Shown here: piece after piece, positions 32,764 through 41,775 of the stretch | Layout of the letters: every line of letters begins with the position of its first letter | Numbering within the stretch: position 1 is the stretch's first letter | NCBI GenBank assembly: GCA_016718205.1 | Contig: JADKEB010000036.1 | Location: 52,148 to 116,147, forward strand | Origin: Saprospiraceae bacterium | GTDB lineage: Bacteria > Bacteroidota > Bacteroidia > Chitinophagales > Saprospiraceae | Direction: 5' to 3' | Length of the DNA stretch: 64,000 bases | The notes under the pieces: model-generated | Told to the model about the DNA's origin: nothing | What the model saw: the letters and a program-made list of their open reading frames with translations, nothing else | Databases searched by the model: none | Translations under genes and position numbers: made by a program

Positions 32764-33798
32764 ATGGCAGAAGTATTGGAGAAAAAAAAATCAGATAAAA
32801 AATTAGCGTCTCAAAATTATGACAAAGCTACTTATCTGAAATGGCTGGAGACGATGTACAGAATCAGAAGATTTGAAGAGAAGGGATTATTTGCATACTC
32901 ACAGCAGAAAATACGAGGTTTCTTCCATGTGTATATAGGTCAGGAAGCTATTGCAGGTGGCTTAGTATCAGCACTGAGAAAGGAAGACAAAATTGTGACA
33001 GCGTATCGCCAACATGGAATCGCACTCTCAAGAGGTTTAAGTCCGGCATCATGTATGGCTGAGCTATATGGTAAAGCCACAGGCTGTGTAAAAGGAAAGG
33101 GTGGGAGTATGCACTTTTTCTCTGCAGAACATAATTATTTCGGTGGCAATGGTATCGTAGGTGCTCAGATACCTATCGGTACAGGTATCGCTTTTGCAGA
33201 AAAATATAAAGGAACTGATAACTTATGCGTCACAATGTTCGGAGATGGAGCTGCACGTCAGGGAGCGCTGTATGAATCATTCAATATGGCTATGACATGG
33301 AAGCTGCCTGTCCTATACATCTGCGAAAACAATATGTACGCCATGGGTACTTCAGTGACCAGAACAAGCAATGTCCACGATCTGGCGAAGATAGGATTGT
33401 CTTTCGACATACCCAGTGAAAGCGTCGATGGTATGAATCCTGAATCGGTCCATGAAGCCCTCACTAGAGCAGCAGCGCACATCAGAGCAGGGAAAGGGCC
33501 ATATTATCTGGAAATAGAAACATACAGATACAGAGGACACTCTGTTTCGGATCCGGCCAAGTACCGTACTAAAGAAGAACTCGAAGCATATAAGGAAAAA
33601 GATCCATTAGTAGTAATACAGGATAGAATCATTAAACAAAAAATCGCTTCTCAAAAAGAAGTGGATGATATCATAGAAGCTATCAACAAAGAGATAGATG
33701 ATGCTATGGAATTTGCTGAAAATTCACCATATCCACTGCCTTCTGAGCTGTACGAAGATAATTATACGCAGAAGGACTATCCTTATATTACGGATTAA
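32764..33798 (+). CDS. pdhA: Pyruvate (2-oxoacid) dehydrogenase E1 component, alpha subunit
   Basis: 344 aa with the TPP-binding region (MFGDGAARQGALYESFNMAMTWKLPVLYICENNMYAMGT) and YRYRGHSVSDP. Confidence 0.85.
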   Translation: MAEVLEKKKSDKKLASQNYDKATYLKWLETMYRIRRFEEKGLFAYSQQKIRGFFHVYIGQEAIAGGLVSALRKEDKIVTAYRQHGIALSRGLSPASCMAELYGKATGCVKGKGGSMHFFSAEHNYFGGNGIVGAQIPIGTGIAFAEKYKGTDNLCVTMFGDGAARQGALYESFNMAMTWKLPVLYICENNMYAMGTSVTRTSNVHDLAKIGLSFDIPSESVDGMNPESVHEALTRAAAHIRAGKGPYYLEIETYRYRGHSVSDPAKYRTKEELEAYKEKDPLVVIQDRIIKQKIASQKEVDDIIEAINKEIDDAMEFAENSPYPLPSELYEDNYTQKDYPYITD

Positions 33799-33814
33799 GA
33801 GTAGATAAAAAAAA

Positions 33815-33850
33815 CAAAAATGCCTGAAATTTTTCAGGCATTTTTGTTTT
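33815..33850. terminator. Bidirectional rho-independent terminator between convergent genes
   Basis: aaaaatgcctgaaa-tt-tttcaggcattttt, flanked by A-runs and T-runs on both sides. Confidence 0.7.
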
Positions 33851-33888
33851 CTACTACTTAAAAAAAAGATTTCATCTTACACTCTGAT

Positions 33889-34908
33889 TTATTCTTTTAT
33901 ACCATAGACTATTTGTCCTGAAAACGAATGCGGAAATTTTTCTACTCCAGGAAATCCCAGCCGTATATCTCTTCCATCATGTGGGATTTCAGCGGTCCCA
34001 AAAAGGTAATCCCATATCGCCAATGAAATTCCAAAATTGATTCCATATTTACGGTTGGCAGGAAGTTCATAAGCGTGATGCCAGATGTGCATCTCAGGAC
34101 TATTAAATATTCTTTTCATAAATGGTCCTAAAATTAAGTATCCAGTCATAGTACTTCCTAAAATGGTAACGGTTTTGATGAGCAAATCTGATTCGTTGAC
34201 AAAAGTGATATCTGCAAGTCCCATCACCATCACAAAACCTGCTAAAAAACCAACAACTCCACCAGTGATTTTACCATCAATGTGGAAATTACTGTGATTG
34301 TAATGCCCGATCGCCAAAGTGAAAATATGTATGATAAAGAAGTCATACAACCCGATGCCCAATAATGCTAAGGGTATATATTCTATGGTACGGTACACGA
34401 TTGTCTCCATCCAGTGATATCTGAGATGTGCCGCAAATCCCATTTCTTCCACACTGTGATGGACCTTGTGAAATTCCCACAGCCACTCCACTCTGTGCAA
34501 CAATCTATGCACCCACCACTGAACAAAATCTCTTACTACAAACCCAATCAAGAGTATAGCCCAAAGTGGAAAAGATCTCAAGGGATTGGAAGCTTGTAAG
34601 TCAAAGGAGAATAGAGATTTAATACCATTGTTAAACAAATTGACCACAACATCTGATGCCGCATTGTAAATCACCAATGAAAAAAGAAAAAAATTGAAGA
34701 ACATATAGAAAAAGTCCAACCAAAAATCTTTTCTGAACATAGCTTGATTTTCTCTCCATGGTTTCAGGATCTCAAGACCAAAAAAGAAAGCACTGACTAG
34801 CAATAACCAGTAAAAGTAGTTGTGCCATGAAGGGTGGGTGATCTCAGACCAAAGATAAGATGCATAGCCACCATATCCATTGAGGAAGGTGTTCAAAAGA
34901 TTTTCCAT
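33889..34908 (-). CDS. Fatty acid hydroxylase / sterol desaturase-family membrane protein
   Basis: 339 aa, multi-TM, with His boxes HRLLH, HKVHH and WHHAYE. Confidence 0.75.
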   Translation of the reverse strand: MENLLNTFLNGYGGYASYLWSEITHPSWHNYFYWLLLVSAFFFGLEILKPWRENQAMFRKDFWLDFFYMFFNFFLFSLVIYNAASDVVVNLFNNGIKSLFSFDLQASNPLRSFPLWAILLIGFVVRDFVQWWVHRLLHRVEWLWEFHKVHHSVEEMGFAAHLRYHWMETIVYRTIEYIPLALLGIGLYDFFIIHIFTLAIGHYNHSNFHIDGKITGGVVGFLAGFVMVMGLADITFVNESDLLIKTVTILGSTMTGYLILGPFMKRIFNSPEMHIWHHAYELPANRKYGINFGISLAIWDYLFGTAEIPHDGRDIRLGFPGVEKFPHSFSGQIVYGIKE

Positions 34909-34933
34909 ATTGAAAATGTATTATGCTGAATAA

Positions 34934-35365
34934 TTATTGTCTTGACCAACCTACATATCCTGGGGCCAGATTGTGTACTTTGGTAAAACCCACTTGCTGC
35001 ATCATAGATACTGCGGTAGCACTCCTGCCACCAACTGCACAGTACACGATATACTCTTTGCTTTTGTCCAGCTTGTTGATTTTATCTGTAAACTCTGGTG
35101 AAGAGATATTCATTTCCAGAGCATTATTGATTTTGCCCCTGGCAATTTCTTCCGGTGTTCTGACATCTATCAAAACGATGTCCTTGTTGGCTTCCATCAT
35201 TTTTTTGGCTTCAACGATGTCAATATTGATTTTTGTTGTAAGGGTTTCAGTTGATTTCTCTGTAGCTTGATTTGAGACGTTTGTCGTAGTTGAAGCTCCG
35301 GACTTTTGTCCTTTGCAAGACATTAAGGTAAATCCCAGTATGAGAACAATAAAATATTTAAACAT
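34934..35365 (-). CDS. Rhodanese-domain lipoprotein
   Basis: 143 aa with a lipobox (LMSCKG) and the active-site loop YCAVGGRSA. Confidence 0.8.
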   Translation of the reverse strand: MFKYFIVLILGFTLMSCKGQKSGASTTTNVSNQATEKSTETLTTKINIDIVEAKKMMEANKDIVLIDVRTPEEIARGKINNALEMNISSPEFTDKINKLDKSKEYIVYCAVGGRSATAVSMMQQVGFTKVHNLAPGYVGWSRQ

Positions 35366-35465
35366 ATTAAAGTTATTTTTTGTAAAAAACAGTACAAAAG
35401 TACAATTGTTTTAATATCAGCAGTGTAACCTAAGTTACGGGAGTCTGATACTTCAACATTAAAGA

Positions 35466-35505
35466 TAAAAAAGCCGCAGAACTCTTATTAGTTATGTGGC
35501 TTTTG
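35466..35505 (-). terminator. Rho-independent terminator downstream of the S46 peptidase gene
   Basis: Minus strand aaagccac...gcggcttt hairpin (one mismatch) followed by tttttt. Confidence 0.45.
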
Positions 35506-35619
35506 TGTTGTTATGTAGCACAAATTGTATTTATCTGGCTTAAAAAGACTGAAACTTGTCCCAGCAGTAGACCAAGTAAATTTGTTACAGGGTACTCCGT
35601 CAATACTCACACACCCTTC

Positions 35620-37689
35620 CTACTCTATCTCCTTGATGATCCTGTCAGCTTTAAATATATACTTCAGGGCTGCATAAATACCTCCGGCATGAACAGAGAC
35701 TGTTCTGTTGACCTTTTCATCAAAGATAAAATTGCCGGGAAGTGATTCGATATTTCCGTCAAATATCAAACCTATGGCCTCTTTGTTTTTATTGATGAGT
35801 GGGCTTCCGCTATTGCCACCGATAATATCATTGGTTGATACAGTGTTAAAGGGTGACTTAAGCAGTTCCGGAGTCGGATCGAGCCACCTTTGTGGTAGAG
35901 AAAATGGAAAAACACCTTTATTGCTGTAATACCTGTCATACATTCCATAAAAAGTAGTATTTACCGGTGCTATGGTTCCATTATAATCATATCCTTTGAC
36001 CACTCCGTCTGATATTCTGAGCGTAAATGTAGCATCAGGTGGTAACTTGTCGCCATATACCTTAAATACCTGATTGGCGATTTTGCCTTCCAATGCTTGT
36101 CTTGCAGGACTTGAATCAACAAATAATTTATTGGCTTCTTTATTTTTATTGACCAAAATTCTGGCTGTTTCAAGCAGAATGTCATCATCTTTAGCCATCT
36201 TATCTTCTTTCTCAAAAAACTTCACTACTTTTTTATCCTCTGTAAATTTTGTTTCCTTAACCAAGTGGGCAACAAAATCCTTAATATTTCTTTTTCCTAA
36301 TACCTTTTGGAGGGTCATGTCACCCGGATAGATATCATCTTTGATTTCCTGAAGGAATACTGTGAATAATTCGATTTCTTCTTCATCTTTGATAGATTTT
36401 GCTTTTTCTGTGATGACTGCTTTCAGTTTATCCTTTTTGTCTTGAGGGGCTGATGTTTTGACCATTTCAGCGTAATTTTCCAAATCATGCATCATGGAAT
36501 ATATCTTGCCTCTCAAAGGATTGGGAAGAAGCAGTGTATATGCCCAACCTTGCGGATTGAGTACTTCGTAGTGTTTGGTCAGATCATCCCAGTAAGTGAC
36601 TCCAGGTGATTTGGAACGGATATAATTCTCCATAGCTTCCTTTCTGCCAAAAAGTTCAGGATCTTTTAAGCCTTTTGCTATACCTCCAAACGCTTTCATT
36701 GAGTTGGCCACATTGGCAATATTGTTTAATAATTCCTGAGCTTCAAACTCTTTTTTAGGGTCATTTTTTATTATATTATATTTTTTCATCATAAGATCAT
36801 TCCTGTTTTTCATGAACTTATACTGAAGCGGATAACGGTAGTCTCTGTCATATTTCAGCTGTGTCACTGTTCGGTATCTTTCTGTTCTGCCCGGGTTGCC
36901 TACTACAAATACTGGCTCTCCCTCCACAGCTCCATTCTTATTGAATTTCAGATAGTTGGCAGCAGTATTGAGTGGTATGCCATTTTCGTCATAAGCTCTC
37001 CAGAAGGTAACATCCAGGTTGTATCGAGGATAAGTAAAGTTGTCGGGATCTCCACCGAAAAACCCAAGATCGAGTTCCGGAATCCATACTAATCTGATAT
37101 CGCTATATCTTTTGTAGCCATAAATAGAAAATTTTCCACCGCTATAAAATGTAACCATTTGTAATCTCAGACCCTTCCAGCCGTCTTTTTGAGCATATAC
37201 TTTTTGAAGCGAATCCAATGCTGATTTTCTCATCGCTGCAGCATCTTCATCCGTTTTAGCATTCTTTACTGCTTTCAGGACCTGAGCGGTGATATCTTCT
37301 GCCATGATCATTTGTTCGACAAAAAGACCTTCAGCTTTGCGCTCATCTTCCAGGTTGACAGCATAAAATCCTTGTTTATCAAAGTTTTCACCTTCTTTCT
37401 GCAAAGCTGTCACTACATCTCTGGAACAGTGATGATTGGTCATGATCAACCCGTCAGGTGAAATAAATGATGCACTACACCAGGAAGCAAATCTTAATGA
37501 CGATTTTCTTACAAAATCAAACCACTCATCCTTAACGTCCATACCATAAGTAGATTTCAACCATTCCTTAGGTGGATTTTCAAAAGTCCACATTTTACCA
37601 TAATCATATGGACTAGCTTTTTGCTGTGATGTGGCAGTGGAAATAACAAAGATATATGCCAAACATCCAAAAAAGAATTTTTTACACAT
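35620..37689 (-). CDS. S46-family dipeptidyl-peptidase (DPP7/DPP11-like)
   Basis: 689 aa with a signal peptide. Catalytic-triad contexts MTNHHC and IIGGNSGSPL. Confidence 0.85.
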   Translation of the reverse strand: MCKKFFFGCLAYIFVISTATSQQKASPYDYGKMWTFENPPKEWLKSTYGMDVKDEWFDFVRKSSLRFASWCSASFISPDGLIMTNHHCSRDVVTALQKEGENFDKQGFYAVNLEDERKAEGLFVEQMIMAEDITAQVLKAVKNAKTDEDAAAMRKSALDSLQKVYAQKDGWKGLRLQMVTFYSGGKFSIYGYKRYSDIRLVWIPELDLGFFGGDPDNFTYPRYNLDVTFWRAYDENGIPLNTAANYLKFNKNGAVEGEPVFVVGNPGRTERYRTVTQLKYDRDYRYPLQYKFMKNRNDLMMKKYNIIKNDPKKEFEAQELLNNIANVANSMKAFGGIAKGLKDPELFGRKEAMENYIRSKSPGVTYWDDLTKHYEVLNPQGWAYTLLLPNPLRGKIYSMMHDLENYAEMVKTSAPQDKKDKLKAVITEKAKSIKDEEEIELFTVFLQEIKDDIYPGDMTLQKVLGKRNIKDFVAHLVKETKFTEDKKVVKFFEKEDKMAKDDDILLETARILVNKNKEANKLFVDSSPARQALEGKIANQVFKVYGDKLPPDATFTLRISDGVVKGYDYNGTIAPVNTTFYGMYDRYYSNKGVFPFSLPQRWLDPTPELLKSPFNTVSTNDIIGGNSGSPLINKNKEAIGLIFDGNIESLPGNFIFDEKVNRTVSVHAGGIYAALKYIFKADRIIKEIE

Positions 37690-37777
37690 TATTTTATTTA
37701 TTTTATAGTTGAATTAAAGGTCAAATATATCAAAAGATGTCAACAAAATCCTTATAAAAGTCAAAATTATTTTTAGA

Positions 37778-38596
37778 TCAAGGTCCTACCTTTCCTGTCT
37801 CGTAACCCTCAGCAAAGGTGATACCTATACCGTTTTCACTATAGACTTTTTTGATGTTCGCCATCACTTCATAGTATACTTTCCAGTAATCATCTGGTCG
37901 GACATATGGACGGATATTGATCACCAGATTAGTTTGTCCAAATTCTTCAATCCCTATCTCAGGAGCTGGATTTTCAAGAATTTCGGGCATTTGTTTCAAT
38001 ACATCCAAAATTAGGGATTTGGTTCTGGGAAAATCTTCAGAATACGGAAGCAAAACTTTGAGTTCAAGTCGGATATTTCCTATTCCGGAAAAATTTGTTA
38101 TCACTCCATTGATGACCTCTCCATTGGGAATGATCAGCACTTTATTTCCGGGAGTCTGCAAGATTGTATTAAATATCTGAATGTCTGTGACTCTACCAAA
38201 TTTCTCCTTGATTTCCACCCAATCCCCTTTTTTATAAGGCTTAAAGACTACTATGATAATGCCGGCTGCAAAGTTTCCGAGACTTCCCTGCAATGCCAAT
38301 CCTACCGCGAGCCCACCGGCTGCCAGCACGCCCACAAAAGCTGCAGTATTGACGCCTACCATGCCTGCCACACTGACGACCAGCAAAACCTTAAGAGCAA
38401 TATTTGCCAATGTACCCAGAAATGATCCAATCTCCGGAGTAAATCCTGCTTTCTGCAAGGTAACTAAAAAAACAGATGTAAGCTTCTTTATCACCCATAG
38501 ACCGAGCCATAAAACTACTATCGCCAGTACCATATTTGGTAATGCTTTGATCAGCCAGTCAAAAGCAAGAGTGGCATATTTTTCGATATTATCCAT
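37778..38596 (-). CDS. Small-conductance mechanosensitive channel (MscS family)
   Basis: 272 aa. Three N-terminal TM segments, then FKPYKKGDWVEI...GRVTDIQIFNTILQTPGNKVLIIPNG. Confidence 0.85.
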   Translation of the reverse strand: MDNIEKYATLAFDWLIKALPNMVLAIVVLWLGLWVIKKLTSVFLVTLQKAGFTPEIGSFLGTLANIALKVLLVVSVAGMVGVNTAAFVGVLAAGGLAVGLALQGSLGNFAAGIIIVVFKPYKKGDWVEIKEKFGRVTDIQIFNTILQTPGNKVLIIPNGEVINGVITNFSGIGNIRLELKVLLPYSEDFPRTKSLILDVLKQMPEILENPAPEIGIEEFGQTNLVINIRPYVRPDDYWKVYYEVMANIKKVYSENGIGITFAEGYETGKVGP

Positions 38597-38699
38597 GTTA
38601 TTTTAAAATTGAAAAGTTTACAAATATAAATTTGAAAATGGTATTACATTGAAAATGAGTCAAATATGATGTAGACTTTGAAAATAGCAGGCTGATCCA

Positions 38700-39380
38700 T
38701 TATGCATTTACAACGTCTCTTTTGCTGATCATCATGATATTTTTATGAACTTTTATCATTGTCGAATCAAAAAATATCTTTGAAAATACAGTCTCAAAAT
38801 ATTGTTTTGATTTTGAAACATCAAGTGACGTATACCCAAGATGGTTAAACAAAATCACACCGCTTTCTTTGATGATTTCTTTGACTTTTATAAGAAATGA
38901 TTCTGTGAGAAAATAAGGAGGTATATTATCATCTATAAAAATATCAATACAGATGATGTCAAAAAGTTCCTCATTTTGTTCCACAAATGTGGCGGCATCG
39001 GTCCCTATTATTGATATCTCGGAACTCAATTCGGGCAAGACGTATTTGGAAGCAAGATATATAATCATAGGATCGATTTCCACGCCGGTAAACCTGTAAT
39101 TTTTCATAAATACTTTCTCGAGCATGTATGGGATACTTCCCATTCCGAAACCCAACAACAAAACTTTGGTTCCACTGGAATCCGGAAGTTGCATTTTTTT
39201 AAAGCATTTTCTGAAATTATCATATTTGTCACCATATGAGTAGATAGCATTTTCTGTGCACAACTGATATCTTCCGTTTTTCAGAACTACATGTAGTTGA
39301 TCATTATACTCTGAAGGAACACTTTCTAAATGCACCTCAGTCAGATAGCTCAATAGTGATTTGATTTTGCTTTCCTTCAT
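38700..39380 (-). CDS. Spermidine-synthase-like class I SAM-dependent methyltransferase-fold protein
   Basis: 226 aa. VLLLGFGMGS (motif I-like), GVEIDP, ICIDIF. Confidence 0.6.
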   Translation of the reverse strand: MKESKIKSLLSYLTEVHLESVPSEYNDQLHVVLKNGRYQLCTENAIYSYGDKYDNFRKCFKKMQLPDSSGTKVLLLGFGMGSIPYMLEKVFMKNYRFTGVEIDPMIIYLASKYVLPELSSEISIIGTDAATFVEQNEELFDIICIDIFIDDNIPPYFLTESFLIKVKEIIKESGVILFNHLGYTSLDVSKSKQYFETVFSKIFFDSTMIKVHKNIMMISKRDVVNA

Positions 39381-40566
39381 CTCAATATACTATCCATAGC
39401 TTTCAATATAGTGCTTACACCATGTTGGATTTCCTGGTCTGTTATGATCAATGGAGGTGCTATTCGAAAGGAAGACGGATTGAACAGAAAATAGTCGATC
39501 AAGACCCCATCGCTTATGACTCTGTCTATCAAAGGAGTAAGTAATGATGGATCGTGGATTTCTACAGCCATCATAAGACCGGAAGAACGCACTTCTTTGA
39601 TCATGGCATGTTTCAGCAAACTTTTTAAGAGTACTTCTTTTTTTCTATTTCAGCAATATAAGTTTCATCTATGAGCAGCTTTAAAGTTGCCAATGCAGCA
39701 GCTACACATACCGGATGTCCACCGAAAGTAGTGATATGCCCAAGTGCAGGATTGCGGGCAAAATGTATCATCATTTCATTGGATGCCACCACCCCACCTA
39801 TAGGCATTCCACCGCCCATCCCTTTTGCTATAAGCAATATGTCCGGGGTAATTCCATATTTTTGATGTGCAAACATTTCTCCTGTGCGACCGAATCCTGT
39901 TTGAATTTCATCCAGAATCAATAATGTCCCGGTCTTTTGACAGCGGGTTTGGACTTTTTGCAGGTAGTCATTTACAGGAACAATAATACCTGCTTCGGCT
40001 TGTACGGGTTCCAGGATCACACAAGCTGTTTTGTTGGTAATCTTTGCTAAATCTGTATCATTGTTGAATCGGATGTGTCTAACTCCCGGTATGGTGGGCA
40101 GAAAATGTTTGGTATAGGTAGTATCACTTCTCAGGCTTTCTGCTGCGATAGTACTGCCGTGATATGCATTGGCGCAACTGATGATATCATATCTTCCTGT
40201 GGCCTTTCTTGCCAGTTTCATGGCTGCTTCAACAGCTTCAGATCCACTATTTACGTAATAAATACTATTGAGCCCATTGTTCAAAACTTCGGTCAATAGT
40301 GTGGCATATTCAACCTGTGGTGCCTGAATATGTTCTCCGTACACCATAGTATGCATATATGTTTCTGCCTGTAATTTTACCGCATTTACCACTGCAGGAT
40401 GACAGTGACCAACTGAACTGACAGATATTCCGGAATCAAAATCAAGATATTTTTTTCCATCAGTCCCATAGATATACATACCTGAAGCATGACTTACTTC
40501 AAGACACATGGGAACTTCACTTGTCTGTGCTACATGTTGCAGAAATAATTGTCTTTTGGAAAACAT
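39377..40566 (-). CDS. Class III (acetylornithine/ornithine-type) PLP aminotransferase, split by a frameshift in an A7 run (plus-strand T7 at 39638..39644)
   Basis: GSEAVEAAMKLAR, LILDEIQTGFGRTG and IAKGMGGGMPIGG (PLP lysine context). The ORFs 39625..40566 and 39377..39619 join as ...EIEKKEVLLKSLLKHAMIKEVRSSGLMMAVE if the run is A8 or A5. Confidence 0.8.
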
Positions 40567-40666
40567 AAAATATTTTCCACAAAAGTAGGAGAAATTATAT
40601 CATGTTTGAGCTATTCGGTAGAAATTGACGAAATCAATATTGAATAAAATTCGTATCCCTGGACTT

Positions 40667-40928
40667 AGAGTATGTTTAAATTTTTATGTTTGAGCGAAAG
40701 CGAGGAAATTTAATTTTGGACAAGATGACTGAATGGTCTCGTCTGTGACGAGAATTGAGTAAAATACTTTACTCAATAAAGAAGGAACTGCGAGCAGCTG
40801 CTCGCAGCGAATACTGAATATAGTCGGAAGTTCAAGCGTAGCTTGACGCGGTACGCCGAAAAATATAACGCTGGATAAAATTAAATTTGCCGCTTGGAGA
40901 CAAATGATGAAAGTTTAAACATACTCTT
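40667..40928. mobile_element. MITE-like palindromic element, long copy (262 bp) with nested internal hairpins
   Basis: Same termini as 29532..29696 (agagtatgtttaaa...catgtttgagcgaaag...aaatttaatttt / aaaattaaatttgccgcttggagacaaatgatgaaagtttaaacatactct). Internal hairpins include ctgcgagcagctgctcgcag and tctcgtctgtgacgaga. Confidence 0.75.
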
Positions 40929-41189
40929 ATTAAGTACCTAGGCCAGAAACTAGGTTATGTTAAGGTTAAATTGACGGATGACTTATTGTATCTTTTCCAT
41001 TTGCTCTTCGTTGATGAACCCCTTCCTTAGATCTGTGGAATCACCGCAATCTGTGAACAACATTGCAAGTTCAGGACCTAATCACTGATCAAAAATAGCC
41101 CTTCCTATTCCTACATATTCACATTAGAATTGCAGCAAAACCAAAAAATAAATACATTTACAGTTTTATAACAAATATCATCATTTCAC

Positions 41190-41714
41190 ATGCATTCAAA
41201 AATCAACATCATAGTCAGCATACTGCTATTCTCAGTATTGACCATTTCAGCACAAAATCCTGACAAGCGCATCACAGAACTTAAGCTGGAACTTCCTCTC
41301 GTATCATCACCTGTCGCATCTTATGTCAACAGTGTACAAACCGGCAACTTGCTTTTTCTGTCCGGCAAAGGGCCCAAAAAGTCAGATGGAACTTATATCA
41401 AAGGTAAGTTAGGTGCTGACTTGACCATAGAACAAGGCCAGGAAGCGGCCAGACTTACAGGATTGATCATCCTCGCAGAATTGAAACACCAGTTAGGCTC
41501 ATTGCAAAAAGTAAAACGCATCGTAAAAGTCCTTGGAATGGTCAACGCTACACCGGATTTTGAAAATCATCCTAAAGTGATGAATGGGTTTTCAGATCTG
41601 ATGATTGAAGTGTTTGGCGACAAAGGAAAACACGCGCGAAGTGCTGTAGGAGTAGGATCTCTGCCTTTCAATATGGCAGTGGAGATTGAAGTTATTGTGG
41701 AAGTGGGGAATTAG
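41190..41714 (+). CDS. RidA/YjgF-family protein with a signal peptide
   Basis: 174 aa with a signal peptide ending SAQ. GNLLFLSGKGP and ARSAVGVGSLPFNMAVEIEVIVEV are typical of the RidA family. Confidence 0.75.
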   Translation: MHSKINIIVSILLFSVLTISAQNPDKRITELKLELPLVSSPVASYVNSVQTGNLLFLSGKGPKKSDGTYIKGKLGADLTIEQGQEAARLTGLIILAELKHQLGSLQKVKRIVKVLGMVNATPDFENHPKVMNGFSDLMIEVFGDKGKHARSAVGVGSLPFNMAVEIEVIVEVGN

Positions 41715-41750
41715 TTCAATATAGTTCAATGGATTTCAATGTGGTTCAAT
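41714..41750 (+). promoter_or_regulatory. Four (G/T)TTCAAT direct repeats phased at exactly 10 bp (candidate regulator-binding array)
   Basis: TTCAAT occurs at 41715, 41725, 41735 and 41745, between the RidA stop and the sulfatase start. Confidence 0.35.
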
Positions 41751-41775
41751 TAATTCATTAAGACAATTTATTTTA

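Noticed and set aside
35494-35745. An 83-aa plus-strand ORF between the rhodanese and S46 peptidase genes.
   Set aside because: It overlaps the 3' end of the S46 gene in antisense and spans a terminator hairpin. It has no motifs.
40929-41189. A possible gene remnant on the minus strand (..GPELAMLFTDCGDSTDLRKGFINEEQMEKIQ*).
   Set aside because: It is a short frame interrupted by a stop, and I recognise no family. That is insufficient to call.
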